Assembly: GCA_000165425.1 (NCBI GenBank) | Contig: CT868063.1 | Span: 558,001 to 622,000, forward strand | From: Paramecium tetraurelia | Lineage: Eukaryota | DNA: 64,000 nucleotides | Direction of reading: 5' to 3' | Part shown: in pieces, positions 25,901 through 38,146 of the stretch | Layout of the letters: the number at the start of each line of letters is the position of its first letter | Position numbering within the stretch: position 1 is the stretch's first letter | Position numbers and translations under genes: made by a program | Notes under the pieces: model-generated | The model's input: the letters and a program-made list of their open reading frames with translations, nothing else | Databases searched by the model: none | Told to the model about the DNA's origin: nothing

Positions 25901-28681
25901 GGATATCATTACAAGACATTAAAAAATTGCGAAAAAGCCTTTGATGAAATGGAAAAGGCTTTTAGCTATTTTGATTTGTAGTTGTATGAAAATTAAGAAA
26001 TAAAAAATAAAATTCTGTGGAATTCAGATTCAACAAGAGAAGAATGTGTGATGACATGCTTTTTAACAGCATTCTATCCTGATTTATGTGTTTATAATGG
26101 GAATCCGTATATTGGATACACATTTCTGAAATCAAAAAGAAATGTAAGAATCTATGGATCTAGCACTTTAAGTTTGTTGAATCATTTCCCTAAATACATT
26201 ATATGTTCAGATTTGTATTCTTCAAATTACTTTGATTTCTGCAGAGTGGCCCAAGAAGTAAAATTAGAGAAACTAAAGGAAATCTTAAAACCTAGTTAAA
26301 TAGAAGAGATTGAGAACTTTGTTCCAGATAAGTATCAATACCAATAGCTGAGAAATGTTTCATCCTCCTTATTAAATCATCTAATCCATACGTTTAACTA
26401 ATACTCATACGATGAATAGGAAAAAAGATTCTAATATTATTGTAATAATGATCAAGACAATGGAATTTTCGAAATTTGGTCTTTAAAACCAATAGATCTT
26501 GAATTTTACTAGAAGGATTATTATGAGAAAATGAAAAGCTATCTCTATTTTAGACTTTATGGATAAGGCATGCTTGTTTATTTCAAACATGGAGCATAGA
26601 TACATGTTACCTAGTAATGTACTTCATCTGAGTTAGTGATAGTTCAATTTTCTTCATCTCCTTTTAATATTGAAGAAATCCAATAGATTCTTGATGAATA
26701 ACATTTATACTACAATAATCTGTTCTAGATAAATGCCAACAGATTTGGATATTGTGGATAGATATTCACTAATAGTTAAGAAATTGCCTATCAAATAACC
26801 TATGTCTTAAATGAAAAAGCCAAGTACAGATTGGAATTATAAAATTAACAGGAATAATAGGAAAGATAAAGGTTGTTCACTATAAAACCAAGAGAAATAA
26901 GAAATAGAGTAATCAAATCATCTGTGGAATTAATTTTTTATGGTTCTGAGAATAAAGGATTTGGATTTATTCAATTTAAAAATTAAGAAGAAGCAGAAGA
27001 ATTTTTTATTAAAACCATTTCCATAGTACAATTTAAAGGAAGGCCGTAGGATTTGAAAATTTATTAAGATCAAAAATCTAAAATAAGAATATCAAACGTA
27101 CCTTATAATGCAAATGAATATGAATTACTCAGATATTTATAAGATTTGGCTCAATAAAAGAATTGTCCTAAACCACAGTCATTGAATTTAATTGGCAAAG
27201 AGTAGACTGAAACTAAGGATTGGAACCATGAAATCCATAAAGTATTTGAAAAGTATACTGGTGAAAAACCCCTTCATTTAGATATTCGATCTGATAAAAA
27301 TAATTATAGGATAATAGTGAGGGTGATGACCACTACAAATCCAATAAAGTTGGAGGAAATGAGAAAACAAATCAACTTTACTAACAATATATTAGGGTTC
27401 TCATCAATAACAATGAAAATTGAATATAAAATAATAAAAATAATCAGTAAAAATATATTGGTATAAAATGAAGAAAAAATAAATGATATAAAAAAAGAAT
27501 TGTAGGCTAAATATTCAGAAGATCTATTGAAAATATTCTCATCAGGTGAAAATATGATTATTATTGGTAAGAATCCAAATTTTGTAAGATAAGCATCTTT
27601 GATGTTGCATGGTGTTCTTAATGGATATAATTTAAAAGTCAATTTGAGAAAATATGTCTTTAAGTAGGTATTAAGGGATAACTAATTTTATCAAGATCTT
27701 TTATCATTACAAGATTTGCATGGGTTTAAATTTAATACTAAGTTATTGTAATAAGGTGCAATAAAAGTGTATTTAAATCAGGATTCTTTAATTGAAATTT
27801 AGAATGCAATCAACTCAATGATCAAATAGCACGTCTCAAATAATCTTATCGTAAATATAAGAAATTATTCCTTTAAACCATTATTAACTATCAAAGACAA
27901 CATTATGTTTATGTTACAATAAAAATACAATGTTAGCATAGACTTTATACTTTAGAAAAAACAAATAATTATCTACGGAAACAATGAATAAGCATAGAAA
28001 TGTAAAGATCATTTATTGAAATCTCTATCAAAGTCTCCGGAAGCTTAAAAATAAGATCTTTGTGAAATTTGTTATGGCGAACTAACTGAAAAATATGTAC
28101 TTGCTTTATGTAATCACTTTTTCTGCAAAAACTGCCTTTACGAATCCATTAAAGCATAAAATAATCCCCCTTATAAATGCCCATAGCAATCTTGTGATAA
28201 TTTAATAAGTCTCTCCGATCTTTAATAGATTCTTTGCGAAATAGAATTTTCTAAATTACTAGATTAAAGCTTTAAAAGATATAAGGATTAACATGCTGAT
28301 GAGTACATAGGATGCCTAACACCTGATTGTGAAGAATTCTTTAAAAAGTTAACATAAAACAAAGAATAATTCTATTATTGCTAAAGCTGTTTACAATCAT
28401 TTTGTTTCTTATGTAAGCGAAATGCACATCCCTAAATAAGTTGTGAAGAGGCTAAAAAATTATTTATTGATGGAAAAGACTTAGATGAATCAGAATTACT
28501 TAAAATGAATATCAAAAGATGCCCTAAATGTCAAATGGGAGTTCAGAAAAATGAAGGTTGTCTCCATCTTCACTGCACAAATTGTGAAAACCATTTCTGT
28601 TGGGTCTGTTTGCATTAAGCTAACTTAAGTCAAGATATTTATGCACATTTAAGAAGTTAACATGGAGGATATTTTTAATGA
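22964..28681 (+). CDS. DEAH-box RNA helicase fused to RRM-like region and C-terminal RBR (RING1-IBR-RING2) E3 ligase; DEAH11/12-type architecture
   Basis: 5718-nt single frame: GATGSGKST (24473), DEAHER (24758), MSAT, STRVAET, QRAGRAGR (about 25355), RNP1-like KGFGFIQF (about 26954), CEIC..CNHFFCKNC (28061), IBR, CPKC..KNEGCLHLHCTNC..FCWVC. Confidence 0.92.
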
Positions 28682-28695
28682 AAGTTTGAATATAA

Positions 28696-29382
28696 TCATT
28701 TAATAAATTTATACAATGTTAATGGTACAACTACAGTATACCCTTCATATTTTGCCACTATTTTATCTTAATTTTCAGAAAGTATCCAACTTTTAAACAC
28801 TTAATAGTCTGCTTAATTATTCAAAGACTTGCTTAAATTCTTAAAACATGCTTAAGCAGCTATCTTAACTTTTTCCTTCAATTCCTAAGATTTGCTCCAA
28901 TTTTCTATTAAATCTCCATCTTCTTTTCTTTTATTTTCTGGAAATTTTTCAACTAATGCCGCAAATGCTCTCTCCCATGAGTCAACAACCATGGCAATAA
29001 AATTCTTTTCAATCACATACTTTTAAATTCTTTTGCCTTCCAAACAGTAAGCTTAAAATGTATCTAGAATAAATATATGTTATTTACATTCGCATCGGGA
29101 TTCTTTATTAGAGTACAATTATGTTAAAAAATAATATAGAACTTCTGATGTGACTTTGTCTTGATTTTTTGCATTTAATACATCAAAAAGACGATCACCT
29201 AGAGGTGTCGATGCTATTGATATGATTTTAAATTAATTCAAGTTTCCAAGAATATTATCAAAATAGTTTTTGTTGATACCAGATTTCGGAACCTTATAAC
29301 AAATCTATTTTAGATATTTCTAAAATTCTGAATTGTTGACTATTTCCTATGTCATTTGTGATTATGATTCATTTGCACCCAT
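28696..29382 (-). CDS. Predicted myristoylated hypothetical protein with a degenerate EF-hand-like segment
   Basis: MGANES start; 'RLFDVLNAKNQDKVT'; probable tiny intron near 29065-29088. Confidence 0.65.
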
Positions 29383-29416
29383 TTGTAAATAAATTAAATA
29401 ATTAATTAAATAATAA

Positions 29417-30499
29417 TCAATTAAGAAATAGTCTCTCTAAATCTGATCTCATTTATGAAGGACTCATATTTAGTACTTTGTTTCTGCAATTGCATCGAAG
29501 CATCCTTGCAAAAATGCAAGTGTAGACTGCACTATCATACATGTTGTAAGATTGTGGAATATTGTCTTTGATTATCACTTTTGCTTCTAAATTGTGACTC
29601 AATAGTTTCTAGAAAAGTCGAGTTAGTTTAAGTGTTATCTTTTAATAAAATGCCTTGCTGCATTTAATGGAATCATAAATATTGATTTTGAATTCGTCTT
29701 CTGTAATCTAAACTTCTACAAAGTACCAACGATTGGGATTGTGTTCAATTACAAACCCTATCTTTTTGTAAATTAACCAAAACTTAACAAATCTAAATTA
29801 TTAAATTAGTTATGTAAATTCATCATAGCTATCCAAAGGGCAGTTGCTTTAGAATATGATTGTCCTCTCAAACTTCTCCCTTTTATGAGGAGGAGTATCC
29901 CAATACAATTTTTCGTCAAGTTATTAAAGATACTGAATATATCCATTAACGATATTGGATCTAAGTTGATTTGTATCTCTAATAGAATTTAAATCCTTCT
30001 CGTTTATCAACTTGTTGTATTTGTAAAATTCATTCTACATTGGAGAATTCTACGAATCTAATGATTCTGTAATTTTAGAGTCTAAAGTTTCATCTAAACA
30101 TTCACCTTTTGGTGAAATTTGTCCAGATTCTAAATATTTATTATTTTTAAATATTCCTTTCTTTATAACTAACTTTTAGTTTCCATTCTTATCCACATCT
30201 TATAAGTAGAGTTTTCCTTTTCCATTTTTTTAGTATTTTTAATTCATTTCACCATAATAGACACTGTGTCTTTCGAGAATTGCGAATTTGTGACCTTTAA
30301 ACGCAATCACATCCATGTTCTCTTTGAATGTGATTGGATAAGCACAGTCTGGTGAAGACATTATCGAAATGCTCTCTATACAAGTATTTGATGAATGCTC
30401 TACTGCATAAATTCCCGGTCTGGATTCTATTTTATTGAATTTGGCTTATGTGTCTTCATTAATTAATGAATCACTCTCTGAAACACAATTATTACCCAT
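29417..30499 (-). CDS. Predicted acylated protein with MORN-like repeats and catalytically degenerate Ulp1/SENP (C48) peptidase-like domain
   Basis: 360 aa intronless; MGNNC start; YYGEM..KNGKGKL; 'INEKDLNSIRDTNQLRSNIVNGYIQYL', 'FVIEHNPNRWYFVEV', 'INIYDSI', 'NIPQSYNMYDSAVYTCIFA'. Confidence 0.75.
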
Positions 30500-30719
30500 T
30501 TAATTTAAATTAAAATATGAATCACATAATTATAATGCACCATATGAATTAGAATAAGATTTAATCAACAACACTTAATTCCATTGAATTCTGTATTGGT
30601 GTAGATCTTTTGGATTTTAGAAATAAAAATTGTTCTCTTTTCTTAAAAATATAATCCTTATGTATATATTTATTAAACATTTTAACTATTATGAATTACA
30701 TTCTTTGATAATTTTTAGA

Positions 30720-31748
30720 ATGAAATTTATCAAAGAAAATAAAGATAATAAAGTTTAATTCATCGAATAAAAAAAAATCATTTATAAGGGCAGTGTTCGT
30801 TTGGAAAAGTTTGAGAACAAAATACAAAACAATATCCCTTATACTTAGAGAGAAAAATAGAAAAGCGATTGGAGTCCAATCATAAAACAAAAAAGAACTT
30901 AAACAATTTTAAAACAGCTCATTACTGAATAAAATTAACAGTAAGATATAAGTTTATTTAGAGTACTTGAAGCAAAGTCATCACGTAATTTTAAGTTTAA
31001 GAGAATATCAGTGGACTATAACTATTCAATTCAACTACCGAACATTGAAGAGTATTTTCATTCACAAGATAAACATTAACTGCTCAAAACTATTAAAAAT
31101 GAAAAAAACAGAGTAGAGAATCACATTGAGAAATTAGAAAAAATTAAAAAAGAATTAGATCTCTCAGATTCTATCATTAATCAACATAAATAAGCAGCCT
31201 ATCATTCTAATACGCCAAACAAATTAGTAAGAAGACCCACAGTAAAATTAAATACAAGTGGCAGCACTTCCTTTGGAAAAACAGAGAATGTTAAAATGCA
31301 TTTATCTATCATTGAATGTGAAGAAAGAAAATAAAACGATAAAAATAAAGAAGTTGAATTGTATAAAAGATATGAAAGAGTACGAAATAGCAAGGTTTTA
31401 CCATAATTAGTTACTTAAATCAATGAATCATATGAAGAAAAGAATAAATTAAGTGATAAATTCAATAGACAATTATATTACTGCATACATAATAGAGATT
31501 ATAGTATTCAGGATAAAATGAAAGAGTATAATAACGATAGCCTCTCATATTCTCAGTTTTACTTAATTTAAAAAAGACTCAAACAACATTTAGAGGGTAG
31601 ATTCAAGGCCACAGAAAATCAAGTGATAAAATTTGAGGATGAACTTAAGAATCTAGCCAAAACCAACAGGTTAACTGAAAGTAGAAAGGAACAATTATCC
31701 AGAATAAAGATTCAATTAGAGAGTGGTAATTATTTAGAAAATTATTGA
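30720..31748 (+). CDS. Hypothetical protein (coiled-coil rich)
   Basis: 1029-nt open frame under ciliate code, ATG..TGA; no recognisable domain. Confidence 0.6.
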
Positions 31749-31950
31749 TGTGTTATAAAAGGTGTAATACACTTTATTTATGTATTCTTTATCACCTAAT
31801 ATTTCGAAATATTTGAAATAAATGATATAAAAATTAGAAATTACGAAAAAATATGTTTATTATTACATAAGATATTTTAGTTTTGCATAATAATAACTTG
31901 TAAGTAAATTGTATATTGTATAAAGTTATTATTTTTATTATTATATTATA

Positions 31951-34570
31951 ATGAATAGTGTAAATTTTAGAGTAGTAATTCAACTAACCTATTTTATAAT
32001 GGTACTTACAATAAAGTTAGTTAATCATAATGCAGAATACTTTTAAGTTATCTTTAGTATGATTTTGACAATACTGTTTATACCATTTAATAGATATATC
32101 AATACATGCGTTGAACAATAATAATTGATATGTAAAACCTTGTGGTAAATTCTCAATCTCTTTTGTTTGGGTAGTGTAGATTTTGGATTGAAAAACGATG
32201 GATTATTAGGCAGATTTTAATACTTTTGGTTGGGATTGACAATTTAATTGGAATAAGACACTACGATTCTAAATTAAATAGCCAGAGTTGGATATTTGTT
32301 GGCTGTCATTGCATCGGCAAATTTGACAGCAATTTATTTATTGATAGATTCATCCTAAATTGGAATAATTTTCGGAGAAGCCCTCTGTGGTCTGCTTTTG
32401 ATCTATTAATTATTTGCAAAGACAAAGACATAGACATAGACAAAAACATTGCCTCAAAAGAAACCAAGCTCTCGTAGTTTTACAGAGAAATTAGAAAGTC
32501 CTTAATAATAAATTTTTGATGAAGATTCAAACTAAATTAAATTTATGTCACTAAATTAAGGGATAGTTAAAAACCCTTCTATTTATTCAAAAGATCCATC
32601 AGTTTTCGAATAGATAGAATAATAGAAAACCTTTTATGAGATTTTATTTAACTAATTTCCTGAGGGTATAATTATCATCAATGATCAAAATAAGATTGAC
32701 TATCATAATAATCAAGTATATACCTTCTTGGGCAGAAAACATTGTCAAAACAGAGATTATATACTATCTCGCTTGTATGAGCTAAAGAACTACAGCTCCA
32801 AATTTCAATTTGAGGAACAAGCATAATTTGATAAGTTTTTCTCAAGACTGGATAAAAACCTAAAATATAATCAACATGAATACTTTTAACCTTTTGATTA
32901 ACAATTTGATCAATAATTAAATGATGATTATTCTAAAGAGAGTATCTTTAATAATAATTTCGATGACAATCTGACCGATTACTATTATCAAGCTGAACTT
33001 AGCAAGGCTGAAACACTGAAATAAGAATTAGATAAGGCCTTCTAATTGTCTCCCTATGCTAGATAAATGTCTGGTCGTTCTGAAAAAACATATAAAGGAA
33101 AGGATAAAATAAGATTTTCACCAGAAGTTAAAAAAATGCTCTGTATGATAGAGGAATCAGCAGAAGATCAAATTAATGAATTATAAGAAGATAAGTCTTA
33201 AGAAGATTGCAATCCAGGTTTATTGATTTAAATAACAATCAAACCCTACATTTATGAAAATAAAAGAAGTGTTTTATTACTGATACGGGATGTATCATTA
33301 TTTAATCAATTCAAAGTTTTGTAATAGCAAAATAAAAACAAATCTAGGATGTTATCCTATGTTTCTCATGAGCTACGTAATCCATTAGCAGCTATAATTG
33401 AAATCAATAAATAGCTGATGGCATAATTTCAATAAGACGAAAACTTGACATTAAAGTAATTAATTCTAAAGTAAAATTAGATATCTGTAACCTATGAAGA
33501 GTTCTGCAACATCAATTTAAGCATTGGCAACTGACTTATTGGATCTAGCTTAACTGAAAGCAGGAAAATTTATGTTAACATATGCAGATTTTTCAATCAA
33601 ATAATTATTGAATGATGCAATATCAATTATGTAATATCCAGTAAAATTGAGGAATTTAAATCTAAAATTAGATTTTGATCCCAAGCTTCCACAAATTATC
33701 AAATCTGATTAATAGAGAATATAATAGATAATTTTTAATCTGATTAGTAATGCCACCAAATTTACAAAAGAAGGCGGAATCACTGTGACAGCTAGATTGT
33801 TATAGGCAAAACTAATAGAAATTTCTGTTGAAGACACAGGAGTAGGTTTGAAGCCAGAAGATAAAAATAAATTGTTCTAACCATTTGGAAAATTGGAAGA
33901 CACAAAGAACATGAATACTTAAGGAGTAGGGTTAGGATTGATGATAAGCAATGTGTTGGCCTAAAAGCTAAGTGGGAATGATGAAGGATTATAAGTTGAT
34001 TCAAAAGGAGTAGATAAAGGATCTAGATTTCTATTTAAAATATAGGATGTAAGCGATAATTAAATTTCTACTTAATTGGAATCCAAAATTCTTAATAGAA
34101 AAGAGAGTAGTTCCAATAATATACAAATTCAAAAGAAGTTTGAAGAATAAATAATAGGATAATCTTTCAATTGTAGATGTCCTCAAATTATAATCGCTGA
34201 TGATGAGCCACTCAATTTATAAGCTTTAGGGTGGAAATTAGATCGTATGAAATACATTCACCTACAAGCGAAAAGTGGTTAAGAATGCATAGAAATTCTC
34301 TAGAATTGGCAAAATAATAGAGAGTATTGTTGTAACTGGATTAAATTTATCATCATTGACATTAATATGCCTTACTTAAATGGATATTAGACTTCTAAAT
34401 TAGTAAGATAAATGGAGGTGGAGAAATAGGTTAAAAGATGTAAAATTATAGGTTGTAGTGGATTTACAGATTATGAAAGCAAAAGAGTAGGATTTGAAAA
34501 TGGAATGGATACCTTTATTTCAAAGCCAGTAGAAGATAAGGAGTTATAAAGTGCCTTATAAGCTTAATGA
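31951..34570 (+). CDS. Membrane-bound hybrid histidine kinase (TM - PAS-like - HisKA - HATPase - receiver)
   Basis: FPEGIIIIN (PAS-like), H-box 'SYVSHELRNPL', N-box 'QIIFNLISNATKFT', 'EDTGVG', 'GVGLGL', receiver 'IADDE..IIDINMP..GCSG..SKP'; one intron near 33456-33480. Confidence 0.93.
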
Positions 34571-35232
34571 TTAAATGTTTCGTGTAATTAAAATAGTAGT
34601 CGTCATTCTGAAAACTATTTCAACGTAATTAATAATGATAATTTTCTATAATTAAATATAATTCTGTGGTTTGTGACCATCTGAACTCAGATATTGACTT
34701 CATAATGGGTATATAAAAGAAAAAAGAACTTCTAGTATTATATATAGATATTCTAAGTTAATTGATCTAATAATAGTAATTTCTAAATTATCGTTAATAT
34801 TTATCATATTTTCTAAAGAATAGAGGTATTTTTATCTACAAAAGTAGTCCACTAGAAGGATATATGAAGGAAAGAACTAGAAAATTGAAAAGCTAATGAT
34901 TAAATCTCTTTTGACAAGGATTGTATTATCAAACTATAACGAGTGCGATATAAAACCATTGAAGTTATTAATACTAATAATAAGACTATTTAAAAACTAA
35001 ATAATTGGTCAACATTTTATCAATTGAGATTAAATTATATATAATTGCAAATTAACTCTTTGGTCATAATTAGAGATATATCATATACAACCTCTTCTCA
35101 TTGTAGATTAGTAAATATACATAAATTATTAAGAATATACTCTTCTTTTTGAATGCTTTAAGAAAGTATCCTTCTTGTAATTTTACCTTAAGTTCTATAA
35201 GAATATTTTATTTTATTTTTTGACAATAAAAT

Positions 35233-36057
35233 ATGGATGATGAAAAAAAGAAAAAAAAGGGTAATAAATTGGATTTAAACTTATTGCCTTCATCTCTAAA
35301 AGAGCGCTATGCAGCAATGGGAATACTTCCGAAACCATAAATTCCTAAGGCCAATATTTAAGTTGATGTATAGAGAATGAAATAGAAAAAAATGGAGAAA
35401 GAGTAGCCAATTGAATAAAAATTAGAGAGTGTTGAAATCAAGGCAAGTGAAAAAAAATAACTAGAAAAGTACATATTGCACTTTTTATATATAGAGTGTT
35501 CTAGATGCTTAAAAAGAAAGATGTTGATTATTTTGACATGAAAGATGTTGATAAAATGCTTAGATTTTTAGGAGTAGCACTGACTAAATCTGAAATTGAT
35601 CTTATGTTGTGGGTATCAAGTTTTCACAATTAAATAGGAAGTTGATGAAAATCTTGATGGTAAAGTTAGCTGGACTGAATTTTTGAATATGTACAAGAAA
35701 TGCACAATTGATAAAACAGGGCTAGAACCTAAGAGTTTGTATCATATGGTCTAATTTCTAATGTATTTACCTCCAGATAGAAAAGATCCAAAAATAACAG
35801 TTGAAGTTATCAAAATATCTTAATTTTAGGACACATTGGAGTTGCTTTACGTGAGGTTTGGAAGGCAATCATTAGATTCAGAGATTCATGCAATATTTGG
35901 AGATGAAGAAAAGAGTAAGGACGGACAAGAAAAGGCGATATCATTTAGTGAGTATATGGAGAAAATCAATGAAAGAGCAATTCAATAAAGGAAGCTAAGA
36001 AAGGAAGAATAAAAATAATAATTTTAATATTTTAAGAAGGAGAAAAATGGATCTTGA
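35233..36057 (+). CDS. EF-hand calcium-binding protein
   Basis: 'EIDLMLW/EVDENLDGKVSWTEFLNMY..DKTGLEPK', second degenerate hand 'ISFSEY'; three tiny introns. Confidence 0.85.
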
Positions 36058-36150
36058 ATCATTATCTAAAAAAACTTGCTAGAATTTTAATATCAAAACT
36101 ATTAATTTATAAACTAGAGATTTAATTTCATTCAAAATTAATTTAGTATT

Positions 36151-38100
36151 TCAAGACTTTTTAACAGATGGCCTTCTACTATGTTACTATAATTATTAAA
36201 TCACTTGAGGAGTCTTACTATTTGTAAATGTTGATGGCTTTTCATACTTTTTTTTCTCTAAGATCTCTTTAATTTATTATCCTTCAATTAATAGTTTACC
36301 CATCCCTCCAATTTCTCTATTTGTTCTACTTAATAAAGTGTTTTCATGCGAGGCTAATTAAATTTTGGCAGCAAGTCTATCACATTCTTGTTATAATTAT
36401 CTGTTCATTCCTTCCAGTCTTTCTACTACTTATTGTAAATGCATTATTTCCCTATCTTTAACAATCATCTGCTATGCACTCTTATCAAAATGATACGAAC
36501 TTGACTTAATGTAAATGTATACTTTTTGTTAATTCTCCTTAATTGTCTCAATTCTTCCTCATTTTTTTATAAATCATTTTCGAGATTATCAACTTACCTC
36601 AAGAGATCTCTGTTCTAATCTTATAATTACATGCATTATTAAGAGACTACAAAAAAGGATCTAAAGTATTTTAAAATTATTATACTTCTCTGTCTATTCG
36701 AATTACATTCTTTATTCTTAAATTTATTTAATCATAATTTCTGAATTCTTTTATTTTATCTCTAATTCTACTTAAGTTTCATCTTTAATTTTAATAAGAT
36801 CAATTAAAGTTTATCTTTCATTTCTTAATTAATCTAATTATATTAAATTCTCTTTGCATTCTTTATTTGATTAATCTTTTAACTAATTTAACTGCAATGC
36901 ATATATTTTATTTTCTTTCTGTAATTAACTAATACAAATCTATTGATCAGACTTATTTTGTTATAATTCCTTTAATTATTAATTAATTTCTTTGGTGTGT
37001 TGTTAAACTTACTCTTCTTTAAACTTTTGTTCTTGTAATTATTATTATATCTTTTCCGCAAACGAATCCTTTTCAAATAATTAGTTTTTTAACATTTAAG
37101 ATTCCTACAAATATTGATTATTCAAATCTTATAAATCAGAATGCTATTAATTAAGAATCATAAATTCCTCATTTATAGCTTAAATTTATTATTGATATTA
37201 TTAATTGCTCATTTGTAATTGATCCAATTAGTTTTTCAATGATTAACACTCTTTATTCTAATTTTTTTCAGAGTTTGATAATTATTGTTATAAAACAGTA
37301 TATCTATGGCTAGAGCTCTAAATTGAGTCGATTTTAGATACTAATTTATTTCTTTCTATTTCAATTTATTAATAACCACTATATAGGCTTGAAAGATTTT
37401 TTTCATATTTTTCTGATTGATATGTTAACTGTTAAATATAATTTTTTAAGTCCTCTTATGTCAAATACAATTGGCTAATTTCCTATTCTTTTGTAATAAT
37501 TAATTTCTCTAATTCTTTAATTTTTTTTCGGTTTTACCTCTTGATATTTTTGCTTTGATCTTAACTTAAGATATTATTGATGTCTGAATGAAGATATTCA
37601 TGATTATTAAGAGATTCTTATAGGTTAGTTAATTCTTAGGTGAGTTATTCATTTTCTTCTTATAAGGATATGATTTGTTCTTTATATAAATGATTTTCTT
37701 GTGTAAGGTAATCTGTTTATTGAACCTTATGCTAAATTTGTGAAATCTGAAGGTCGTTTTCTTAAATTATCGAATTGTAATATGTGCCAGCTGATTCAAT
37801 TTGTTTTTTATACTCATGTATTTAATTTTCAAAGGATTCATTTTCCTATCTTAACCTTTAACTAATAGTAAATTAAGCTCTTAGGTCATTCTTGAGATTT
37901 TCAATTTCATCATTTAACTCATTGTTTTCAGTTTGGAATTGACTAAAAGTCTAGAATTAGATTAGAGGATTTACCTATTTCAATTATTGGATTTCATGTT
38001 ATAATTTCTAATTTTCAATGAAAATATTTTGATTAAGTATTTGGAGATTGTCATATCTTGAATTTAATTCTAGTAATTCATCGTCTTAAGAAAAAGACAT
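36151..38100 (-). CDS. Long coiled-coil protein
   Basis: Gln/Glu/Lys/Leu-rich frame from MSFSQDDELLE to SRRPSVKKS-TGA, with tiny introns near the 3' end. Confidence 0.75.
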
Positions 38101-38146
38101 AAAATATATTTATATTTCAAATAAAAGATTAACGATCATAAAATTA

